Below the pieces are notes generated by a model. It was not told where the DNA came from. It saw nothing but the letters and a program-made list of their open reading frames with translations, and did no database searches. Positions 21,097 through 33,999 of a stretch of DNA of 64,000 nucleotides are shown here, in pieces. The DNA lies in the NCBI GenBank assembly GCA_902585605.1, contig CACIED010000001.1, positions 469,573 to 533,572 on the forward strand, in the 5' to 3' direction. A program made the position numbers and the translations under genes. Origin of the DNA: an uncultured Alphaproteobacteria bacterium. Lineage in GTDB: Bacteria; Pseudomonadota; Alphaproteobacteria; HIMB59; GCA-002718135. The first letter of the stretch is position 1, and every line of letters starts with the position of its first letter.

Positions 21097-22491
21097 ATGG
21101 ATAATTCATCTACTATATTTGACGACAGTAAATGGTTATCCTTTAAAAAAAATCTTAAAAAAAACGTTGGTGATTCAGCTTTTAATAATTGGTTAAAACA
21201 TTTAAATTATGTTTCATTAGAAGAGACCACTATAACTTTTTCAGTTCCTACAAAATTTTTAAGGGATTGGATTGTTAATAATTATTCCGATAAAATAAAA
21301 AGTGAAGCAAAAAATCAATTAGATAAAGTTGATACTATTAAATTTGTTGTTAAGCCTTCTGGTGGTAGGATTGTTCCAGGAACTACACGAACTATCAAAA
21401 GTAACGATAATCATTGGAAATCCACTATGGATCTTAGATCTAATCAATCCTCAACGTATCCTAATGAATTTGGAGCCCCACTGGACCCTAGGTTTACGTT
21501 TGAAAATTTTGTTGTTGGCAAGCCAAATGAATTAGCATTCGCTGCATCACAAAGAGTTTCTGAAGCAGATAAAATTACTTTTAACCCTCTTTTTTTATGT
21601 GGAGGTGTTGGTTTAGGTAAAACCCATTTAATGCATGCAATTGGATGGAAAATTAAACAAAAACAACCTGAAAGAAAAGTAATTTATCTATCAGCTGAAA
21701 AATTTATGTATCAATTTGTGAGAGCATTAAGATATAAAGACACATCTGCATTTAAAGAACAATTTCGTTCAATTGATGTTCTCATGATAGATGATGTGCA
21801 GTTTATAAGTGGCAAAGATAATACACAAGAAGAATTCTTTCATACCTTTAATGCTTTAATTGAGCAAAATAAACAAATTGTTATTTCAGCTGACAAAACA
21901 CCAACAGATCTTGATGGTGTCCAAGAAAGATTAAAATCTAGACTTGGTTGTGGTTTGGTAGCTGATATTCACCCTACAACTTATGAGTTAAGACTAGGTA
22001 TATTAATTGAAAAAGCTCATAAAAGAGGTGTTGAGATACCTCCTAAAGTTCTAGAGTTTCTCTCGCATAGAATTATATCAAATGTTAGAGAAATGGAGGG
22101 CGCTCTTAATAGATTAGTAGCTCATGCTACATTAGTTGGAACTTCAATTACAGTTGAAACAGCACAATTAGTTTTACAAGACTTGTTAAAATCATCAAAT
22201 AAAAAAATAACTATTGAAGAAATTCAAAGAAAGGTTGCAGAGCATTTTAATATAAGAATAACAGATATGCACTCTCCACGAAGGTCAAGATCAGTTGCTC
22301 GTCCAAGACAAATAGCAATGTATTTAGCAAAGTCTATCACCTCAAGATCTCTTCCAGAAATTGGAAGAAAATTTGGTGGCAGAGATCACACGACTGTAAT
22401 GCATGCTGTAAAAAAAATAGAAGAGCTCAAATTATCTGATGTCAATTTTAACGAAGATTTAGAATTATTGAAAAGACTAATAGATTCATAA
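21097..22491 (+). CDS. dnaA: chromosomal replication initiator DnaA
   Basis: AAA+ Walker A GGVGLGKTHLMHA, Walker B LMIDDVQF, and C-terminal DNA-binding domain (GGRDHTTVMHAVKKI). Confidence 0.97.
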   Translation: MDNSSTIFDDSKWLSFKKNLKKNVGDSAFNNWLKHLNYVSLEETTITFSVPTKFLRDWIVNNYSDKIKSEAKNQLDKVDTIKFVVKPSGGRIVPGTTRTIKSNDNHWKSTMDLRSNQSSTYPNEFGAPLDPRFTFENFVVGKPNELAFAASQRVSEADKITFNPLFLCGGVGLGKTHLMHAIGWKIKQKQPERKVIYLSAEKFMYQFVRALRYKDTSAFKEQFRSIDVLMIDDVQFISGKDNTQEEFFHTFNALIEQNKQIVISADKTPTDLDGVQERLKSRLGCGLVADIHPTTYELRLGILIEKAHKRGVEIPPKVLEFLSHRIISNVREMEGALNRLVAHATLVGTSITVETAQLVLQDLLKSSNKKITIEEIQRKVAEHFNIRITDMHSPRRSRSVARPRQIAMYLAKSITSRSLPEIGRKFGGRDHTTVMHAVKKIEELKLSDVNFNEDLELLKRLIDS

Positions 22492-22514
22492 TACATTTTG
22501 TCATATGCTTAGAT

Positions 22515-23630
22515 ATGAAATTTAAAATATCACGTTCAAATTTCTTTAAATCACTTTCTCACTTACAGGGCGTTGTTGATAAAAGGAACTCACTTCCAAT
22601 TTTAGCAAATATTTTAATTGAAGCTAAAGATAATAAATTGATTTTATCTTCGACTGATATGGATATCTCAATAATTGAAAAAATATCTTGTAATGTTGCA
22701 GAAGAAGGAGCCACTACTATAAACTCACAGATACTTTATGACATTGTTAGAAAAATAGATGATAACAGTCAAATTGAAATTATTTCAAACAATGGCAAAA
22801 TTCTCACTTTGAGATCAGAAGGATCAAGATTTTCATTGGCATGCCTACCTAAAGAAGATTATCCGATAATTGAAAAAGAAAATCCAGGTGTCGATATTAC
22901 TTTAAATTCAAAAATTCTTTTTAAATTAATTGATAAAACTAAATTTGCTATTTCTAATGAAGAAACAAGATATTTTTTAAATGGTCTTTATTTTAATGTA
23001 ACAAATGAAGAAAATAAAAATATTGTTACTCTCGTTGGTACAGATGGTCATAGACTTGCAAAATTTAGTCACGTAATTGAAAAAAAAATAGATCAAGTAT
23101 CAGGAGTAATTATTCCTAAAAAAACAATCTATGAATTATCAAAATTATTATCAGAAAATGATATTGATGTAAAAATATCAATTAGCACAAATAAAATAGT
23201 ATTTATAGTTGGTGAAATTGTATTTATATCTAAACTAATAGATGGCAGCTTTCCAGATTATAAAAGAGTGATTCCCAATGATAATAAAAATATTCTAAAA
23301 ATTAATAGAGATAAATTATTATCTGCTGTTGATAGGGTTAGCACAATAGCAAATGAAAAATCTCCAGTAATAAAATTTAAATTATTAGAAAATATTCTTA
23401 ATTTAAATACTATAAATAATGAAAGTAGCACTGCTTCAGAGGATTTGAAAATAAATTATGAAGGTAAGGATATAGAAATTGGATTTAATTCAAAATATAT
23501 TATGGATATAGTAAATAATTTGGAAGATACAGAAATATCAATTAGTTTAAAAGATAATACCTCTCCAGTAATTGCACAAGAAAATTCAAATACGAATCTT
23601 GTATATGTTTTAATGCCTATGAGAGTCTAA
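22515..23630 (+). CDS. dnaN: DNA polymerase III beta sliding clamp
   Basis: 371 aa with three-domain clamp pattern and C-terminal MPMRV. dnaA-dnaN-recF-gyrB order. Confidence 0.95.
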   Translation: MKFKISRSNFFKSLSHLQGVVDKRNSLPILANILIEAKDNKLILSSTDMDISIIEKISCNVAEEGATTINSQILYDIVRKIDDNSQIEIISNNGKILTLRSEGSRFSLACLPKEDYPIIEKENPGVDITLNSKILFKLIDKTKFAISNEETRYFLNGLYFNVTNEENKNIVTLVGTDGHRLAKFSHVIEKKIDQVSGVIIPKKTIYELSKLLSENDIDVKISISTNKIVFIVGEIVFISKLIDGSFPDYKRVIPNDNKNILKINRDKLLSAVDRVSTIANEKSPVIKFKLLENILNLNTINNESSTASEDLKINYEGKDIEIGFNSKYIMDIVNNLEDTEISISLKDNTSPVIAQENSNTNLVYVLMPMRV

Positions 23631-23633
23631 AAT

Positions 23634-27178
<3,545 letters not shown>

Positions 27179-27184
27179 TTTTTA

Positions 27185-28414
27185 ATGAATACTATTTTAC
27201 TTGGCAACCTTATAAAAATAAGATGGATAGCCATTATAGGTCAGATAATAGCAATATTTTTTGTTTCATTTATTATTAAAATACAAATCCCTTTTTTCGA
27301 AACTCTAACAATAATCTTACTATCAGTTGCTATCAATTTTTATTCCTATTATGAAGAAAGAAAAAATAAAACTATTAGTAATATAAAGGCTTTTTCTTTT
27401 TTGCTTTTCGACACTTTACAATTAGGATTTTTACTTTTTTTGACTGGTGGAATAATTAATCCATTTTCGATATTAATTTTAGCACCTGTCATAACTTCAG
27501 CTTCTTATTTGCCAGCATTAATGACAGTAATTCTTTCAACAATTTCTATTATAATTATAGTTTTATTAAATTTTTATTTTATTCCTCTTGATTTAGGTTC
27601 TAAATTTTATCTACCAGAATTATATAGTTTTGGTTTAGTTGCAGCATTAATTATCACAGTAATTTTTATAGCTATTTATGCCTATCTTTTTGCAAGTTCT
27701 TCAAGAAAAATTTCTAATGCTTTATCTATTTCAAAACTTCAGATTTTAAATCAAAAAAAAATGACCGAGGTCGGCTCGTTAAGTGCAGCTGCTGCACATG
27801 AATTAGGCACTCCACTCAATACTATTTTTTTAATTTTAAACGATCTTTTAAAAGAAGAAAAATTAATAGGAGATAGCAATATTGCAAAAGATATTATTTT
27901 ACTCAAATCTCAAGCTGAAAGATGTAAAGAAATATTACAAAGATTTTCCAAAAATCCTTTAAAACTAAAGGACAAATTTCTAGAAAAGGTAAAAATATCA
28001 GATTTAATAAAAATAAATTTCGATAAGTTTAATAAAAATAAAAAACTAATTTTGGAGATACAACCTCCAAATGATGAGCCTGAAATTATCTTTAGAGATG
28101 AAATTATGTACGCACTTGGGAATATCATACAAAATTCAATATATTTTTGTACCACAACTACAAAAGTAAAAATAAAATATAAAAAATCAGATCTTAAAAT
28201 TACTATTTCTGATGATGGAAAAGGATTTTCAAAAGATATACTTGATAAATTAGGTGAGCCTTATGTATCAAAAAATAAACAAGGAATGGGATTAGGTATA
28301 TTTATCGCAAAAAATTTGATTGAAAATATGGGAGGTAACCTGAACTTTTTTAATTCTAACGAAAACTATGCTAATGTTGAAATAATTTTTGAAAACTCTA
28401 TCTTAAATATATGA
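27185..28414 (+). CDS. regB: redox-sensing histidine kinase RegB/PrrB
   Basis: Six-TM N-terminus carrying the RegB quinone-site heptapeptide GGxxNPF (GGIINPF, nt 27446-27466). H-box SAAAAHELGTPLNTI. Redox-box Cys context QAERCKEIL. Followed by regA. Confidence 0.85.
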   Translation: MNTILLGNLIKIRWIAIIGQIIAIFFVSFIIKIQIPFFETLTIILLSVAINFYSYYEERKNKTISNIKAFSFLLFDTLQLGFLLFLTGGIINPFSILILAPVITSASYLPALMTVILSTISIIIIVLLNFYFIPLDLGSKFYLPELYSFGLVAALIITVIFIAIYAYLFASSSRKISNALSISKLQILNQKKMTEVGSLSAAAAHELGTPLNTIFLILNDLLKEEKLIGDSNIAKDIILLKSQAERCKEILQRFSKNPLKLKDKFLEKVKISDLIKINFDKFNKNKKLILEIQPPNDEPEIIFRDEIMYALGNIIQNSIYFCTTTTKVKIKYKKSDLKITISDDGKGFSKDILDKLGEPYVSKNKQGMGLGIFIAKNLIENMGGNLNFFNSNENYANVEIIFENSILNI

Positions 28415-28938
28415 CTATGAAACTACTAATAGTTGATGATGACTTGCCATTTAGAGAACGTCTAACCAGATCGATGGAAAAAAAAGGATTTAATGTAACT
28501 TCTTCTCCTGGTTTCAAAGACTCTCTGATAAAAGTAAATGATACCAACTTTGATTATGCAGTCGTCGATATGAGACTTGAAGATGGATCTGGACTTGAAT
28601 TAATTAAAGAATTACAAAAAGTTAGTCCTAACACAAAATCATTATTGTTAACGGGATACGGAAATATAGCAACAGCAGTTGCAGCAATAAAATCAGGGGC
28701 AATAGACTATTTGCCAAAACCGGCAGAAATTGATCAAATTTACGACGCATTAACTAATTCTAAGGAAATATTACCCCCTCCTCCAGAAAATCCTATGACT
28801 GCAGATAGAATTAGGTGGGAACATATCCAAAGAGTGTTTATACAATGTAATAGAAATGTTTCTGAAACTGCAAGAAGGTTAAGAATGCATAGAAGAACTT
28901 TACAAAGAATTCTTAATAAGCACGCACCAAGAGAATAA
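28411..28938 (+). CDS. regA: response regulator RegA/PrrA/ActR
   Basis: Receiver domain plus the near-invariant RegA HTH NVSETARRLRMHRRTLQRIL. 175 aa. Confidence 0.9.
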   Translation: MTMKLLIVDDDLPFRERLTRSMEKKGFNVTSSPGFKDSLIKVNDTNFDYAVVDMRLEDGSGLELIKELQKVSPNTKSLLLTGYGNIATAVAAIKSGAIDYLPKPAEIDQIYDALTNSKEILPPPPENPMTADRIRWEHIQRVFIQCNRNVSETARRLRMHRRTLQRILNKHAPRE

Positions 28939-29966
28939 TGAATTACGAAATTTCAATTATTGTTCCAATCTATAATGAATTCAGAATAATTGAAAGTTTT
29001 ATAAAAAAACTCTTTGATACTTTTTCCAATGTTAAATCAAAATATATATTTATTGATGATGGATCCAATGATGGAAGCAAAGAGTGGTTAGAAAAAAATT
29101 TAAGTTCAATCTTTAAAAATAAAAACTACGTATTTATTAGTCTAGACAAAAATAAAGGTAAAGGTTTTGCCGTAAAGCAAGGAATATCAAAAGTTGAAGG
29201 ATTTCACACAATTTTTATCGACTCAGATCTTGAGTATGATCCAAAAGATGCTTTAGATCTATATAATCAAGTAAAAAGAAATGAAGATATAAAAGTAATT
29301 TATGGTTCAAGATATTTGAGTGGCAAGCTACAATTGAGAAGACATTTTTTTAATGATATTGCCGTTAGATTAAATACATGGATTTTTAATTTGTTATTTG
29401 ATCAATCAATTACTGATTTGCATACAGGAACAAAAATAGTTGAAAATACTCTATTAAAAAGTTTAAAACTCTCCTTGAATAGGTTTGGTTTAGAAATTGA
29501 TCTAAGTAGTCAAATATCTAAAAAAAATATCAATATCTATGAAAGTGGAATTAGTTATATTGAGAGAACAGTTGAAGAAGGTAAGAAGATTACTTTTGTT
29601 GATGGATTATTAAGTTATTATTTTTTATTTAGAGCTAGATTTTTACAAAACGATCTACAAACACAAACTTCATTACTCTATTCATTAATCATGATGATGT
29701 ATATCGGATCATACTTTGGTATGGGTATAGGTAAAACCTTAATTATTATTATTTTTGCATTAATTGGCTTACTCAATGCAATGCACAGAAAATTAATTCC
29801 ACTTAGTATTATTTTTATTAGTATATTTATTGGTAGTTTGTTCAGTTCCGGTAACGGTAGAATCTATCCTATATTAATATTTTATTTTTTTAGTTTATGG
29901 ATTTCTAAAAAAATTTCTAAAAGATTTAACAGCCAAGACAATTATTTGCTAAAGTTCTTTATTTAG
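28938..29966 (+). CDS. family-2 glycosyltransferase with C-terminal multi-TM extension (polyprenyl-phosphate glycosyltransferase type: ArnC/GtrB/DPM1-like)
   Basis: GT-A motifs ISIIVPIYNE, IDDGSNDGS, DSDLEYDP. About 120 C-terminal residues form 4-5 hydrophobic helices. TAATG coupling to the regA stop. Confidence 0.8.
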   Translation: MNYEISIIVPIYNEFRIIESFIKKLFDTFSNVKSKYIFIDDGSNDGSKEWLEKNLSSIFKNKNYVFISLDKNKGKGFAVKQGISKVEGFHTIFIDSDLEYDPKDALDLYNQVKRNEDIKVIYGSRYLSGKLQLRRHFFNDIAVRLNTWIFNLLFDQSITDLHTGTKIVENTLLKSLKLSLNRFGLEIDLSSQISKKNINIYESGISYIERTVEEGKKITFVDGLLSYYFLFRARFLQNDLQTQTSLLYSLIMMMYIGSYFGMGIGKTLIIIIFALIGLLNAMHRKLIPLSIIFISIFIGSLFSSGNGRIYPILIFYFFSLWISKKISKRFNSQDNYLLKFFI

Positions 29967-30882
29967 TAATCTTTAAAAAAATACTCTCCAAATCTTCATC
30001 ATATGTTTTGATTTCTGAAAATATAATTTTATTTTTATCAAGTTCTTTGATAATTTCACTTAAACTTATTTTTTTTTTATTATATTCAAAAATTAATGAA
30101 TTCTCACCATCATAATTATAAATTAAAGGTTTTAATTTCTCAGGCATTGATATATTTTTACTAATAATATCAAATTTTACTTTTCGATTTGAAAATAAAT
30201 TTAATAGGTTATCTTTCTTGTCTTCTATTATCTTAATTCCTTTATTTATAATTGTAATTAAATCACACATTTTCTCTGCCTCTTCAAGGTAATGAGTGGT
30301 CAAACAAATAGTTTTCCCCATTTGTTTTAATTCACCTACATATTTCCATAAGTTTTGCCTCAACTCTACATCTACGCCTGCAGTTGGTTCATCTAAAACG
30401 ATTACATCTGGATTGTGCACTAAAGCTTTAGCTATTAAAAGTCTTCTTCTCATACCTCCAGATAAAGTTCTTGCATAAGCGTTTCTTTGATCCGATAATC
30501 CTAGATCATGTAATATTTTTTCAGTTCTTCTATTTTTTTTTCTAATTCCGTACAATCCTGCTTGCAATTCTAAAAGCTCAAAAGGAGTAAAGAAAGGATC
30601 AATATTTAATTCTTGTGGCACAATACCAATTTTCTTTCTTGTAGCTATTGCATTGATATCTTGATTAATACCCTCAATATAAACAGTGCCTTGTGTTTTT
30701 TTTACAATACCTGATAGTATATTAATAAATGTTGACTTTCCTGCACCATTTGGACCAAGAAGACCATAAATACATCCTTTAGGAATATTTATAGAAAAAT
30801 CCTGCAAAGCGTTTATTTTTTGATTATCTTTTATAAATATCTTAGATAAATTTTTTACTTCTATTGCGAATTTATTATTCAT
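29959..30882 (-). CDS. ABC transporter ATP-binding protein (ABC-2/YadG-like, with C-terminal extra domain); no adjacent permease
   Basis: Walker A GPNGAGKST, signature LSGGMRRRL, Walker B VIVLDEPT, H-loop TTHYLEE. 307 aa. Confidence 0.9.
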   Translation of the reverse strand: MNNKFAIEVKNLSKIFIKDNQKINALQDFSINIPKGCIYGLLGPNGAGKSTFINILSGIVKKTQGTVYIEGINQDINAIATRKKIGIVPQELNIDPFFTPFELLELQAGLYGIRKKNRRTEKILHDLGLSDQRNAYARTLSGGMRRRLLIAKALVHNPDVIVLDEPTAGVDVELRQNLWKYVGELKQMGKTICLTTHYLEEAEKMCDLITIINKGIKIIEDKKDNLLNLFSNRKVKFDIISKNISMPEKLKPLIYNYDGENSLIFEYNKKKISLSEIIKELDKNKIIFSEIKTYDEDLESIFLKITK

Positions 30883-32137
30883 GATTAAAAAATTTTTTAA
30901 TTAGTTCTATGTTTCTTATTACCTGATTTTTACCATAATGAGGATATGTAGGAAGCAAAATAATATTATTTACAACCTCTCTAATATTTTTTAATTCTTT
31001 ATTTTTATACTTTTTAAAAATGTTTAACTCATTACAATTTCTATAAAAGTAAATTGCAAGATCTCTGTCATTTTCATACAGATAATTTATCAATTTATCT
31101 CTTTTATGATACTGTATAGGAAAATTAATCCAACCATTTTCAAAGTTATGTTGAAATTTTGGAATAATTAAATCATTAATATCCTTTAAATTCTCAAAGT
31201 ATAGTTTCGCATTTTCAATCCTTATATTTAAATCTTTTTTATAATATTTTAATTGTTTTAAAATATTATCAGACTGGCTTAAAGAAATAATTTTTTTATA
31301 ATTTTCTGGAAGTTGTTCTTGTAAATATGGATTTGGATCATTTTTACTAAAATTATTTATAAATTTAATATTAAATTTATAACCAAGCTTAACAATGTAG
31401 CTTGTAAAAAATTTAAATACCATACCATTGGTTGCAACTGTAACAAATAGTGATTTAATATAATTTTTAAGCAAGCCTCTATAATCGTGTGATTTAAATT
31501 TTTTATGTTCACTAAGTATTTTATTGTATATCGAGTCATCTTTAGTCATTATTAGGCCTCCATTTAGTGAACTAATAAATTTAAAAATCCCAAAACTAAA
31601 AAATGAAATATCACCCAATGTGCCTACGAATTTATCTTTTGTTTTTGTTCCAAAACTAATGGCACAATCCTCTATTAGATATATATTATTTTTTTTTGTA
31701 AAATTAATAATTTTATTTATATCCTTATTGATTAAATGAGTATGAGTAATTAGAATGCCAGCAACTTTGTCATCGTAAACTTTTTCAATAGAATTAATAT
31801 CTATTGTAATACTTTTTTTATCTACATCACTAAACACAGGAACACCTCCAGCACATATAACCATGTTAACGATATCAAATATTGTAAATGGAGATAAAAT
31901 TATTTTATTTTTATTTGGTTTTATACAAGCTTTTATTGCTAAGTATGCCCCTAGTCGACCTTTATTGATACATAGTGTATTTTTTATACCGAAATGCTTC
32001 TTAAAATAATTATTTAAAATTTTTGTCTTATTTAAATTAAATAAATTAAATGTAATAAAATGTAATAAATTTTTTATTAAATAAAATTTGTATATTTTTT
32101 GTCTTGGATTCGGTCTCATTTTTATAAATTCTGACAT
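30875..32137 (-). CDS. DegT/DnrJ/EryC1/StrS-family PLP-dependent sugar aminotransferase (divergent)
   Basis: Fold-type I layout: IKNTLCINKGRLGAYLAIKA, LIEDCAISFG, and candidate PLP-Lys segment SFFSFGIFKFISSLNGG. N-terminal ~60 aa are atypical. Confidence 0.65.
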   Translation of the reverse strand: MSEFIKMRPNPRQKIYKFYLIKNLLHFITFNLFNLNKTKILNNYFKKHFGIKNTLCINKGRLGAYLAIKACIKPNKNKIILSPFTIFDIVNMVICAGGVPVFSDVDKKSITIDINSIEKVYDDKVAGILITHTHLINKDINKIINFTKKNNIYLIEDCAISFGTKTKDKFVGTLGDISFFSFGIFKFISSLNGGLIMTKDDSIYNKILSEHKKFKSHDYRGLLKNYIKSLFVTVATNGMVFKFFTSYIVKLGYKFNIKFINNFSKNDPNPYLQEQLPENYKKIISLSQSDNILKQLKYYKKDLNIRIENAKLYFENLKDINDLIIPKFQHNFENGWINFPIQYHKRDKLINYLYENDRDLAIYFYRNCNELNIFKKYKNKELKNIREVVNNIILLPTYPHYGKNQVIRNIELIKKFFNHE

Positions 32138-33186
32138 TAAAAAAAATTATTTAAAAAGTTATTAACTATATCATTAGAAATCGGCCCAGGTTTTTTTTGG
32201 TCGATAAATGGCATACTTATTCCACTTATGTTTTTTGACAAGCTATTAAAAATTTTATTTATATTTTCATTATCTATTTTTAGATTACAATAATGTATAG
32301 AATCTCCAAATTTTCTTAAATTACTTACCTCTGATATCAGTCTATTATCATAATCTAGTTTAAGCTCTAAATGTTTTTGTTTATTATAAAAAATTTGATC
32401 AACATAGAAAGGTACATTTAAATTTAAGTTGTTTATGGATTTTTGATAACCCGTAAAATGTTTTATTGCTCTTATTAAATCATATTTTATAACAACATCT
32501 TTCACATGATTATTTAGTATAATATTACTAGAAGTAGTTATTCTAAATTTGTGATCAAATTCAGATAGATTAATCTTGCTGTTATTTATAATTATTTTGG
32601 ATCTATATAATAAATCAATTAATTGAGAGAAACTAATTGCTAATATCAGTTTGTTTGTTAGGACTATTTCATAATTCTTTTTATTTTTAAAATAAATCTT
32701 TAATTTAATTGAATCAGAGTCAATCATTATTGAGTGAAGAAAACCTTTCTGGATTTTTTTAATTAAAAATTTAGAATCAATTATATTATTATATTTATCT
32801 ATCATTTGAGCTATGCCATCTTTATTTGATTTATAACCATTGCTATTATTATTTATTTGTTTCAATTTAAAATTTTTTTCAAGTTCGGTTAAAGTATTTT
32901 TTTGTAATTCATCTATGTTTATAAAACCACCCCAAATGTTAGAATGACCACCAATAGAAAGTCTATCATGAATTCTTGTTTTATTGTTAAGTCTATAATT
33001 AAAATTACCAAATGATTTTGTAACTGAGGAAAAAAATTTATTTACATTAAGATTTTTTCTTTCTTTGAATTTTTCTTTTAAATAAATTTCATTATCTAAA
33101 GATATTGTTACTGGATTAAATTTTTCTAAAAATATATTTGCAATTAGAGCTGAAAAACCACTACCAATAATTACAAATTTTTCCAT
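32137..33186 (-). CDS. hypothetical protein with N-terminal dinucleotide (FAD/NAD)-binding motif, possibly a reduced GMC-like oxidoreductase
   Basis: MEKFVIIGSGFSALIA (GxGxxA beta-alpha-beta start) and GGHSNIWGG, which resembles the GGxSxxWxG segment of FAD oxidoreductases. The rest is unrecognisable and I/N/K-rich. Confidence 0.4.
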   Translation of the reverse strand: MEKFVIIGSGFSALIANIFLEKFNPVTISLDNEIYLKEKFKERKNLNVNKFFSSVTKSFGNFNYRLNNKTRIHDRLSIGGHSNIWGGFINIDELQKNTLTELEKNFKLKQINNNSNGYKSNKDGIAQMIDKYNNIIDSKFLIKKIQKGFLHSIMIDSDSIKLKIYFKNKKNYEIVLTNKLILAISFSQLIDLLYRSKIIINNSKINLSEFDHKFRITTSSNIILNNHVKDVVIKYDLIRAIKHFTGYQKSINNLNLNVPFYVDQIFYNKQKHLELKLDYDNRLISEVSNLRKFGDSIHYCNLKIDNENINKIFNSLSKNISGISMPFIDQKKPGPISNDIVNNFLNNFF

Positions 33187-33288
33187 ATTTTAATTAAATT
33201 GAACAATTATTAAATATAACTTGGTAATTATACAACTGATTTAAAAATTATCTTTTTAAAATTATTAAATTAATTTATTAAATATTTG

Positions 33289-33999
33289 ATGAACAAAAAA
33301 GTTATAATATTAACTAGTAAAGACAAAATAATAAACTTTACTTTGATAAATAATCTTAAAAAAAACAGTAATATTAAAATTTTGTCTGTAATATCTTTAA
33401 AAGAAAACAATACAATTAAAAAAAAAATTAAATTAATTTTTTTACTAAATATACAAAATATAATAGAAATTTTATATAAATTATTAATTGGATTATTTTC
33501 AAATAAAAACTTAATAATAAATAGTGTATTTTATAGAGATATAAATTCGAAAATAACTATTGATTATATAAATTCTTTAAAAAGCGAATTAGTAATTTGT
33601 ATAAACTGTCCTCAAATATTAACAAATAACACTATTAAATTGATAAAAGCTCCCTTATATAATTTTCATCCAGGAGATATTCCAAGTTATAGAGGAGTTT
33701 TTATTCCTTTTTTTCTTTTAAAAAATAAAACAAATAAAGCTTGTCTGACTTTTCACAAAATATCAGTAGAAATTGATAATGGTGAAATTATTAATAAAAA
33801 ATATTATGATATCAAAAATTCAGACAATATTTATTCTATATATAAAAAAATTTTTATTTCTGCTGAGGCAATATCATTTATTACAGATTGCATAGAGCAC
33901 TCAAAGAAATTAAATTTTCAAATTAATCCTGAAGATGAAAACAGATACTACACTTATCCCAATTTAAAAGAGATACTTATGTTTCGTCTTGGTTTGTAA
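33289..33999 (+). CDS. formyltransferase-family protein (Fmt/ArnA-N/PurN-like N-domain only)
   Basis: YNFHPGDIPSYRG matches the N-x-H-x-x-x-LP-x-YRG formyl-transfer motif. A downstream Asp context (VEIDNGEII) is present. The ORF track starts at TTG 33286; ATG at 33289 is preferred. Confidence 0.6.
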   Translation: MNKKVIILTSKDKIINFTLINNLKKNSNIKILSVISLKENNTIKKKIKLIFLLNIQNIIEILYKLLIGLFSNKNLIINSVFYRDINSKITIDYINSLKSELVICINCPQILTNNTIKLIKAPLYNFHPGDIPSYRGVFIPFFLLKNKTNKACLTFHKISVEIDNGEIINKKYYDIKNSDNIYSIYKKIFISAEAISFITDCIEHSKKLNFQINPEDENRYYTYPNLKEILMFRLGL

